Of a stretch of DNA of 32,000 bases, positions 7,189-14,949 are shown one piece after another. Location of the stretch: contig CAVRAI010000015.1 of assembly GCA_963718915.1 (NCBI GenBank), forward strand, positions 330,001-362,000. The letters run 5' to 3'. A program made the translations under genes and the position numbers. Under the pieces are notes generated by a model, which searched no databases, was not told where the DNA came from, and was given only the letters and a program-made list of their open reading frames with translations. This DNA is from an uncultured Chloroflexia bacterium (GTDB lineage: Bacteria > Chloroflexota > Ktedonobacteria > Ktedonobacterales > JADMIN01). The number at the start of each line of letters is the position of its first letter. The first letter of the stretch is position 1.

Positions 7189-7232
7189 GTGCCCTCCTTT
7201 CAACCTACCGCTATCCTACACCGCGCGTCTAC

Positions 7233-7364
7233 TCACTTCCGCCGCGCCAGCATGAGCCACATGAGGGCGCACCAGACGGCGGCACAGAGCAGCCACACCG
7301 CAAAGGCGGGCTGGTCGGGTGCTGCTTGCGCTTCGTCATCGTCGCGGGACTGGTCATTGTTCAT
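7233..7364 (-). CDS. possible small single-pass membrane protein, 43 aa
   Basis: Hand-translated as MNNDQSRDDDEAQAAPDQPAFAVWLLCAAVWCALMWLMLARRK, an acidic head plus one hydrophobic helix. The RBS is weak. Confidence 0.3.
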   Translation of the reverse strand: MNNDQSRDDDEAQAAPDQPAFAVWLLCAAVWCALMWLMLARRK

Positions 7365-7484
7365 GGTATCTCTCTACTGTGTCTATGATATGTTGCCCTT
7401 GACACGCTTTGCGGCGTGCAGACTGACTGCCTCATTGAGAGCATGCGCACGGCCAGCCTCACACGCCGCGTACAGATGGTGTCG

Positions 7485-8306
7485 TTAGTTCAGCTTGCAC
7501 TCCTTAGCGAGCGCGTCAAGCGCCTGTGTCGCGCCGCTACTCGTCTCGCTGATGAGTGTCTGAATATCCGGGAAGAGCTGAATCAGCGCGCCACCTGGCA
7601 CTGCGCCGAGGCCCATCAATGGATTCAGCCCAACCTTCGCCATCTGCGCGTTCGCATACACCGATTGCAGCGTCTGCTGATTGACGCCCAGGCTGTCCGC
7701 CCGGAACTTGAGGGGATCAGAGCAAAGGCAATACGCCGTCAACTGGTCGCCCTCTTTGACGGCCTGGTGGATGAGCGCTTGCGCCTTGGCGTTCGCGCCG
7801 TTCCTGCCTGCGGCTTCTAAAGCGACCGCCAAATCCTCTTTGCGGTCAGCGATCTGCGCGTCGGTCGCATTGTCTGGCGTGCTGATGACGCCCGCGAGCA
7901 CCGCAGGCTTGAGGGCCGTGAAGGCGTCCTTAGCCGCTGTGCTGCTCGTGGCGACGATCTCACGCTGGGCATTGAGGCTCTTTTGCGCGGAGGCGATCTG
8001 ATCGCTGGTGGCGGTCTTCTTGGGGATGCGCCGCGTCGTCGAGACGCCGCCAACCGTCGTCTGCTGATCTTCAGTCGTCAAATTGCGAATGTAGGCGGTA
8101 GCCATGCCACTGCCCGCCTCTTCGATGTTGGCGAGGCTGCTCAAAATGGTACGCATCTGGTCGCGCGCTTCAGTCGGGAGGCCAGCGACGGCGGCGCCGA
8201 ACGTCGACGCACGCTGCATACGCACCAACTTCGGATCGGGCGGGGCGGGCTTACGCACCCACGGATTGTCGTTCGTGTCTTCGTTGTTGGGATACTGATT
8301 GGCCAT
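7485..8306 (-). CDS. hypothetical protein, 273 aa
   Basis: Long ORF in the operon orientation with host-like codon bias. It is Ala/Thr/Gln-rich and I recognised no domain. Confidence 0.6.
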   Translation of the reverse strand: MANQYPNNEDTNDNPWVRKPAPPDPKLVRMQRASTFGAAVAGLPTEARDQMRTILSSLANIEEAGSGMATAYIRNLTTEDQQTTVGGVSTTRRIPKKTATSDQIASAQKSLNAQREIVATSSTAAKDAFTALKPAVLAGVISTPDNATDAQIADRKEDLAVALEAAGRNGANAKAQALIHQAVKEGDQLTAYCLCSDPLKFRADSLGVNQQTLQSVYANAQMAKVGLNPLMGLGAVPGGALIQLFPDIQTLISETSSGATQALDALAKECKLN

Positions 8307-8371
8307 TTGATTGCTTGTCCTTTGCTGCTATTCGCTCTCGCCCCGCCCATTGCGGGACGTTGTGCGCTATT

Positions 8372-8782
8372 TCACACGCCTACACCTTCGCGGCGCTCGT
8401 TCAGTGCCTGCCATAGCGCCTGGATGCAGCGCCGACATCGGCGGAAGCGTTGTATGAAATCCGTCGGCAGTTCGTCTCCACAGAGCGAGCAGTGACCTGG
8501 CATATCGCACTCCGCCGTCTGACATATGCGCGGTGGCCAGATGGGACCGCGGGCAGGGATGCGTGCGCGGAAGGTGGCTACCCGCCAGGCAATTTCATCC
8601 TCTTGCGCATCACCTGAGGCACCGACAAAACCGACAAAACTATCTACTGACGGGGTTATGTCGGTTTTGTCGGTGGGTGTCCTAGCTGTTTCGAGAACTG
8701 ATGCATAGGCACTCTCGACTTCCGGCGCGGCAGACAAGTGATGCTTTAGGCGGTCAAGCCAGGGGCGCTTAGTCGTCTCCAT
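8372..8782 (-). CDS. hypothetical protein with C-terminal Cys cluster (zinc-binding?)
   Basis: Start at ATG 8782 (METTKRPWLDRLKHHL) with GGGAGG 9 nt upstream. It overlaps the primase-helicase stop by 14 nt. The C-terminus is CQTAECDMPGHCSLCGDELPTDFIQRFRRCRRC. Confidence 0.6.
   Translation of the reverse strand: METTKRPWLDRLKHHLSAAPEVESAYASVLETARTPTDKTDITPSVDSFVGFVGASGDAQEDEIAWRVATFRARIPARGPIWPPRICQTAECDMPGHCSLCGDELPTDFIQRFRRCRRCIQALWQALNERREGVGV
8620..8675. repeat. inverted pair of a 21-bp element CACCGACA(A/G)AACCGACA(A/T)AAC
   Basis: Copy 1 is 8620-8640 (CACCGACAAAACCGACAAAAC). Copy 2 is 8655-8675 on the opposite strand (CACCGACAAAACCGACATAAC). A 14-bp perfect inverted core lies at 8622-8635 / 8660-8673. 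Each unit is itself a tandem of CCGACAnAA. Confidence 0.85.
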
Positions 8783-11498
8783 TGTCGCTACCTCCCTTGG
8801 ATGAGTCCGCGCGAAGAGAGGTGTGCAGGTGAACCTTAGTCGATGATCTCCCGCCTTTCGGGCCTGCGTCCAAACGCTCGATACGCACCCATCCGTGTGC
8901 TTCAAGGACTTGTAGAGCGTCCTCGGCCTCTTCAACGGTCTGAAGGTGTTCCCATCCGTGCACGTAAATGTCGCGGACGCTAGCACCCTCTAGAACCTCC
9001 CTACGCTTGATATGTTTGAGGAGTGAGCTGGCACGTTCCATGCTTGGACTGGCTGCGCTGGCATACACCCTTCGGGCTAGGCGTTTCCAGATATTCGCAC
9101 CAACTAATCGCCTGAAGCGCTGCCGCCTCACCGACAGAACCGACATAACCCTCAGTAGCAGGGTCAGAGTCAATGAGATGGAAGAGCAGGGCAAGCGCGG
9201 GCATCAGGCTCCGATACTTGGCGAGATGCGATGTAAACGCATCGCTCAAGTCCCCAGAGCGAAGCCGCTGCTCTAAGCTAGGCCACCATTCGTAAAACAA
9301 CCGCTGGGCGGTGTCGCTGAAGCGGAGTGTGGGAATCGCGTGTGGGTCGGTCTCATCATCGGACGCGGCGCCATAGTCGGATGGATTCAGGTTTGCCAGT
9401 CGCTCAAAAATGGCGAATACGGTGTTCTTGGCTTCGGTGTTGGGCCAGCGATCCACAATCTGGAAGTGGGTGTGCGCATCCGGCCACACCAGCAACTGGA
9501 ATCGCTGAAGAAAGCCATCAGCCCCAGCGCCGATACTGTCCGTGGCCGCGTACACATAACTCCGAAGCGGGCCAGGCTGGATTCCTCCCAGGACACTGAC
9601 ACAGAGGGCTGGCACGATGATTGAGCCGCGGCCAATCCGATCTACTTCGTAATTGGTGGATGTCCTCCCCACGCCTCGGTGTAGAATGCGCGATCTCCCT
9701 CGTGGCCTTGCTTCTCCAGGGTCCGCAACCAGCCCATGAGTTCATCGCGATGAACGAGCAAGCCCGACGGATTAGCAATCAGCAGTTCGGCGAGCTTCTC
9801 GATGGTCGTATCATTCGTCCGATACCGCCGGGCTGTGGGTTCCTGGGGAGGTCGGAGCACAGCGAGTTGCTGTTTCAGTTCCTCGATAGACTCGGTTGGG
9901 ACCGCTTCTGATTCGTCGGTCGGTTTTGTTGCTCTACCGGCTGCGCGTGCCGCTGCTCGGATGCGATCAGTTAGGGTAGCTTTCTCGATCTCATAAGAGA
10001 TTTTCTCGGCGGCATACGTGGCGAGTGCTGACTCATGGTCCGTTCTTGCCTCGGCAATCAGGCGCTCGATGGGTTTCATCGCAGCCGTCATACTGGGCGT
10101 CTTACCCAGGCCGGAACGGCCAACCACTGCGCCCCAGAGATTAGGCGGCACCGTCCAATCATCCGCTTTCTTGGGGCGGATTCCGATGCAACGGCCAACA
10201 GTAGCGCCCAGCGACACTACTGCTGCGACGGCGGGATAATCAGGCGGCACTTGCTGCCGCTCAGCAATGTCCCAGACGAAGCCGCGAATCTTCGCAGGCA
10301 GCATGTCCATGTCAAAAGGCGCCACAGTGGGAAGCAACTCAGACAAGGGTGTCGGATCGTCCCAGGCGCGCGCGGCCCCGGTATCTGCTGGCGGATGCTG
10401 CCCCTTGGTTATCGTCGGCGGTGACTGCCGCCAGCCAGCTTCCCAGACATCTCTCATATCTGCGAATTTACGTCCCTGACAGGAGTTGTGATGGCAGCCG
10501 CCCGTGATAGTACCTGTGCCTACAAACTGCCTGACCCATGCGCTGCCCTGATGTTCTCGATTCCAAGGGCATTCATCGAGTTCCCAGGTAGTACCTTGCG
10601 CATCGGGCTTCGTCCGCCGCACCTTTACGCCATGCGCGTTGAGATATTGCTCGGCGTCCATGATCCAACGCTCGCCGCGTGGCCAACTTTTCGCGCGCGA
10701 ATCAGGCGATGCCCCGGTTGCGCCAACTGGCGCCAAGGCATCTGCCAGCGCGCGCAGTTGCTGCTCTGAGACAACCCCAATAGAATCGGGCGCCTCAAGG
10801 ATGTGTGAGCGCCGATGCGGGCGCTCAGGGAGCACGTCTCCCTTGCGTGTCAGTGTCCCGTACAGTTTGATGATGCGTGCGGCGTTGCCGACAGTGGTGT
10901 CCAACTTGATGCACGGGAACTCTGTGGCGGCATCATCAAAGCGTGCCGCCAACCCCTTTAGAATGCGTTCTACCAGCCGACGCGCCTCATCATCATTGGG
11001 AAGGTCAATGGCGTAGAGGAGATGGCCGCCGTTGCCGCTGTCGGCGAAGATCGGCTCTGGCCAACCCTGTGGATCAAGATAGGCACGGATAGCACGTGCC
11101 TTGTTGAGCGCAGCGTTGTGTTCACTATCCGTCGAGGAGATCGCAGACGGCCTCGATGGGTCAGCATCGAGCGGAAGCCAGCGCCGCCGAGTGATCTCAA
11201 CATCGTTCGTAGTCGCCCGGGCATGGCCTTGTAGCCGCGCATTGGCTCGAGCTCGTATGTCCGATTTGACAGGGTTCAGGGTGACGTAAACCGCCTCTAC
11301 CTTACCATCCATCTGCGCGACGATATCGCGTGCACACTGCTGCGGGTCGCTATAATAGCCGCTGCCGGTACCCTGTCTCGTACGGAGAGCACGGATCTCC
11401 CAAACGTCGCCAGGGTGATGGAGGAGGCTCAGGGTGTTGGCGATCTCTTCTTCAACGGTGCGCTCATGTGGAAGCGCGGAGTTTGGAATTGCGTTCAT
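8769..11498 (-). pseudogene. replicative primase-helicase (AEP prim-pol domain + zinc motif + DUF3987/YfjI-like P-loop domain), interrupted by two frameshifts
   Basis: The N-terminal part carries AEP motifs (RRWLPLDADP, SGNGGHLLY) and a zinc motif (ECPWNREH...GGCHHNSC). It also has Walker A (GRSGLGKT). The conserved DUF3987 run breaks at ...AFYTEAWGG and resumes as ...TSTNYEVDRIGRGSIIVPALCVSVLGGIQP in another frame, near 9655-9672. It returns to the first frame near 9081-9090, where CEYLE is followed by (R)LARRVYASAASP. The pieces are ORFs 9642-11498, 9001-9672 and 8769-9194. Confidence 0.8.
9129..9149 (+). repeat. third copy of the 21-bp element
   Basis: CACCGACAGAACCGACATAAC, matching copies 1 and 2 at 19-20 of 21 positions. 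It lies inside the C-terminal part of the primase-helicase gene. Confidence 0.8.
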
Positions 11499-11779
11499 GC
11501 GGCCACCTCCGTACCCACAGTTGACAAGAGAACGGCGGCGGGCAGCACTTGCGCTATTGCGTGAAGTTGGATAGCGACGCGAGTGACGTGCAACGCCAGG
11601 CGCACGAGGTTCGCATCGTGGGTGACCGCAGCAAGATAGAGGAGGTCATGAGCAAGTAGCGCTACCGCTGTGCAAGCCTGGTCGCACTGAGGTATGATGT
11701 TGTTAGAAGTGTTTTCGCTATCGCTGCCGCTCTGTCCCGCGCCATCGGGCCAGGCGGCGTTTGTTTTTTCCTCCATCAC
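11495..11779 (-). CDS. hypothetical protein, 94 aa
   Basis: The ORF's stop overlaps the primase start (11498/11495), and its start overlaps the upstream stop (ATGA). This indicates operon coupling. Confidence 0.45.
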   Translation of the reverse strand: MMEEKTNAAWPDGAGQSGSDSENTSNNIIPQCDQACTAVALLAHDLLYLAAVTHDANLVRLALHVTRVAIQLHAIAQVLPAAVLLSTVGTEVAA

Positions 11780-11973
11780 CGCGCCTCCACTTCTTCGCGG
11801 GCTGCGGAGGACACGACATCAGCGGGAGCGCTTGTTGGCGCTTCTCGGGATGGCTCAACAGGCAGAGGCGCAAGGAGGCGCTGCCAGATGGCGCTCCAGG
11901 CAGGGGTACGCGGCGCGGTATGGATAGTCACACTGAGGGTGAGCCCTACTGGCTCTTTCTGCTTAGCTCGCAT
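11776..11973 (-). CDS. hypothetical Pro/Ala-rich protein, 65 aa
   Basis: It fits the coupled gene chain between the HTH gene and the 94-aa ORF. The composition is unconvincing, so confidence is low. Confidence 0.35.
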   Translation of the reverse strand: MRAKQKEPVGLTLSVTIHTAPRTPAWSAIWQRLLAPLPVEPSREAPTSAPADVVSSAAREEVEAR

Positions 11974-12175
11974 GCTGCATCACCTCCTGGTCTAAACCAA
12001 GAGCAACGATGCCGCGTGCGATCTTGATGCTGGCCAGTTCGCCAGGTTCCTGGCTTCCGGTGAGGATGCGACAGACATAAGCGCGATTGAGGCGGCAGAC
12101 ATCAGCGAAGTGAGTGTGGCTGATCTGCTTTTCTGCGAGGATGCCTCGCAGCTTGCGGATGCTGATGGGTTCCAT
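11963..12175 (-). CDS. Cro/CI-like helix-turn-helix DNA-binding protein (first gene of the leftward operon)
   Basis: MEPISIRKLRGILAEKQISHTHFADVCRLNRAYVCRILTGSQEP... shows an HTH pattern, at 70 aa. Confidence 0.7.
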   Translation of the reverse strand: MEPISIRKLRGILAEKQISHTHFADVCRLNRAYVCRILTGSQEPGELASIKIARGIVALGLDQEVMQHAS

Positions 12176-12177
12176 AG

Positions 12178-12313
12178 AAAACGCCCGTCCCTTCGGACGA
12201 TGCCATCCCGGTCCCTATGCGCACACCGCACCTATCCGCTCCTTCGACATGGAGGGACTAGGGCGGCGTGCAAGGGGAGCCGGGGGTCGCACCGATGGGA
12301 CGGGCGGGGTTTT
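12178..12313. repeat. long imperfect inverted repeat immediately upstream of the HTH gene
   Basis: A 10-bp perfect GC core: CGCCCGTCCC (12182-12191) against GGGACGGGCG (12297-12306). It is extended inward by TCGG/CCGA, CCCGG/CCGGG and TCCC/GGGA. It is flanked by AAAA (12178-12181) and TTTT (12310-12313). The central loop is about 60 nt. Confidence 0.7.
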
Positions 12314-12373
12314 CAGCTCAACCAGCGAGCAGCGCAACGCCAGAATGGCGACACTACACTACATCAACTACGA

Positions 12374-12649
12374 CTACGATAGGTTATCCTTGCCTTGCGG
12401 ACGAGAAAATGCGCGAGCCCACCGTGCCCGCACCTCAGGGAAGAAGAGGAAGTCAGACTCTACCTGGGCAATGAGCCTGTCCAGGGAACCGGATCGCATC
12501 CGCTTATCGACTTCGCGATACCAGTCCAGCGCCAGGCGTGGGTCTCTGACCACTCGCCCGCCAAGACTGAACGATTCCGCGAGCTGCTCACCTGGCTGAT
12601 AGTCGCCAGGTATGCGCGACTTATGTCTGCGGGTGTGTTTTCGGCTCAT
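12374..12649 (-). CDS. hypothetical basic protein, 91 aa (positional candidate for an excision/directionality factor)
   Basis: It is the only ORF between the leftward operon and attR. GGAAGG lies about 10 nt upstream of the ATG, and a TTGACG box further upstream at about 12690. No domain recognised. Confidence 0.4.
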   Translation of the reverse strand: MSRKHTRRHKSRIPGDYQPGEQLAESFSLGGRVVRDPRLALDWYREVDKRMRSGSLDRLIAQVESDFLFFPEVRARWARAFSRPQGKDNLS

Positions 12650-12748
12650 GCCTCTGCCGCCTTCCGCTTCGCTGTGATTGTTTGCTGCTCTAGTTATGGA
12701 CGCTTATACAAGTGTTCGTCAAGGGCAAAACGTGCTAGTGCGATTGGG

Positions 12749-14477
12749 CTACGCCGTCTTGGTATCGGCGGCGAAGTGCAGGCTCAACTCGGCGATCGCC
12801 TCTTCGCGCATCTTGTATTTAGTTACCTTGCCGGTGACGGTCATCGGGAAGGCATCCACGAACTTCCAGTAGCGCGGAATCTTGAAGGTGGCGATCTGGC
12901 CCTGGCAGAACTGCGTCATCTCCTCGGCGGTGGCCTGCGCGTCCTCCTTCAGTTTCACCCAGGCGGCGATCTCCTCGCCGTAGCGCTCGCTGGGCACACC
13001 AAAGACCTGCACATCACTGACGGCGGGGTGCGTATAAAGGAACTCCTCGACCTCGCGCGGATAGACATTCTCGCCGCCGCGAATGATCATGTCTTTGAGC
13101 CGCCCGACGATATTGACGTAGCCATCATCGTCCATGGTGGCGAGGTCGCCGGTATGCATCCAGCGGGCGGAGTCAATCGCCTTCGCGGTCGCCTCCTCAT
13201 TGCCCCAGTAGCCCAGCATCACCGAGTAGCCGCGCGTCAGCAGCTCACCCGGCTCACCTCGTGTGACGACGTTGCCCGTCACCGGATCGACCACCTTCAC
13301 CTCGACGAATGGGTGAATCTGTCCGACGGTGGAGACCCGCTTCTCCAGCGGGTCGTCCAGGTGCGTCTGGAAGGAGACGGGGCTGGTTTCGGTCATGCCA
13401 TAGCAAATCTCGACGTCGCTCATATGCATCCGGTCAATCGTCTGGCGCATAACCTGCACCGGGCATGGCGAGCCGGCCATCACACCAGTCCGCAGGCTGC
13501 TCAGATCGTACTGGTCAAAGTCCGGCTGCGCCAGCTCGGCGATGAACATCGTCGGGACGCCATAGAGCGCGGTGCAGCGCTCGTCCTGCACGGTCTGCAA
13601 CACCGCCTGTGGCTCGAACGTCTCGGCGGGATAGACCATCGTCGCGCCGTGCGTCATGCAGCCGAGATTGCCCATGACCATCCCGAAACAATGATAGAGC
13701 GGGACGGGAATGCAGAGCCGGTCGTTCTCGCTGAAGTTTTGCAGCCGTGCCACGAAATAGCCGTTGTTCAGGATGTTGTGATGGCTCAGCGTCGCCCCTT
13801 TCGGGATTGCCCGTGGTGCCAGAGGTGTACTGAATGTTGATGGGATCGTCGAACTCCTGCTCGGCCTGGCGCTGGGCCAGTGTCTCGGCTGAGACCTCGC
13901 CCCCCCGTTGCAGCGCCTCGCCCCAGACCCACATGCCTGGGATGCGCTCGTCACTCAGGCGGATGACATGGCGCAGCTGCGGGAACTTGTGCGCGTCGAG
14001 CTGGCCGGGCGCGAAATGCGCCAGCTCCGGGCAGAGGGTCTGCATCATCGCCGTGTAGTCAGTCGCGCGGAAATTGGGCGCGAGCACCAGCGCCACGCAG
14101 CCGGACTGATTCAGCGCGTATTCAAGCTCGTGCAGGCGGTAGGCGGGGTTGATGTTGACGAGGATCGCCCCGATTTTGGAGGTGGCGAACTGGGTGATGG
14201 TCCACTCCGCGCGGTTGGGGGACCAGATGCCCACCCGGTCGCCTTTGCTGATGCCAATGGCGAGGAAGCCACGGGCCGCCTGATCGACCGCGTCGCGTAG
14301 CTGTGCCCAGGTGTAGCGCAGATTCTGGTGGCGCGAGACGAGCGCCTCGCGGTCAGGGAAACGCGCGACGGTCTGATCGAATGCGTCGCCGATGGTCATG
14401 CCGAGCAGCGGGGTCTCGCTGGGGCCGCTGACGTAGCTTCCATTCTGGGTCCGCTCTGTCTGTGGTGTCTGTGTCAT
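12749..14477 (-). pseudogene. AMP-dependent acyl-CoA synthetase/ligase (FadD-like) with one frameshift; the 3-prime 78 nt are supplied by the integrated element
   Basis: Start at ATG 14477 (MTQTPQTERTQ...) with AGGAGG 9 nt upstream. The AMP-binding motif [13 protein letters not shown] runs into ERGDAE, while [17 protein letters not shown] continues in another frame. One extra base lies in the CCCCTTTCGGG stretch (13795-13805). Downstream motifs are intact ([32 protein letters not shown]). Confidence 0.85.
12827..12838. repeat. right att core (attR), CTTGCCGGTGAC
   Basis: Exact direct repeat of 420-431, inside the ligase C-terminal codons PMTVTGK. Confidence 0.75.
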
Positions 14478-14732
14478 CCGGGGATCCTCCTGAACCGCAA
14501 AACAACGGTTATTGTGGCCAGCGACTGTCACAATTCTTCATAACGTGCGTGATGACGCCGACCCGATGCCCTCTCATGACGCCGCCTCGTAGTGAGACAT
14601 ATTGAGACATTCTGTGCGCACAACCTGGTCTTGTGTCAATGCGCGCTCGCGGAGAGGCGCCGCGCGATGAGCCGGGTGAGTCCGGATGTGAGTGCGCTAT
14701 AGCCTGAACGGGTGGCGCCTGGGGACAAATTG

Positions 14733-14761
14733 TTGTTGTAGTTCGCACGCTATGATATACT
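14733..14761 (+). promoter_or_regulatory. candidate promoter for the 14950-16169 gene pair
   Basis: TTGTTG (14733-14738), 17-bp spacer, TATACT (14756-14761), preceded by TG (14753-14754). This would give a leader of about 190 nt. Confidence 0.4.
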
Positions 14762-14949
14762 GGCGCGGTCCGGGGTGGCCGGACATGCACTTCTTGTCGG
14801 CGATAACGTTGGCAGATTGCAGTTCCGTGTGCATATGTGGTGGCAGGGGTTGCGGGCACGGCCCGATCCGGTCACAGCACGTCGAGCAGATCGGGCAATG
14901 CGCCCGGCATGCTCCCAACAGATCGAACAGATCGAGCGGGGAAGACAGC

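Larger units (their letters stand above)
420..12838. mobile_element. ~12.4 kb integrative element (serine-recombinase type; satellite-like or AICE-like, no recognisable virion genes)
   Basis: Bounded by 12-bp direct repeats. There are two different ligase-type C-terminal tails but only one ligase body. The recombinase, XRE and Cro-like regulators and the primase-helicase all lie between the repeats. An internal low-GC cargo is present. Confidence 0.75.

Noticed and set aside
8620-9149. Could the 21-bp repeats be a CRISPR array?
   Set aside because: There are only three copies, one of them inverted. The spacings are irregular (14 nt and about 450 nt), all copies lie inside coding sequence, and there are no cas genes.
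401-12845. Dyad symmetry in the reconstructed attB (GATGA ... TCATC)
   Set aside because: The centre of that weak 5-bp dyad does not coincide with the centre implied by the attP arms. It is probably coincidental.
12395-13840. 481-aa plus-strand ORF
   Set aside because: It is entirely antisense to the acyl-CoA ligase, whose motifs are unambiguous. The sequence is Arg/Leu/His/Gly-rich, typical of the shadow frame of a high-GC gene, and there is no RBS.
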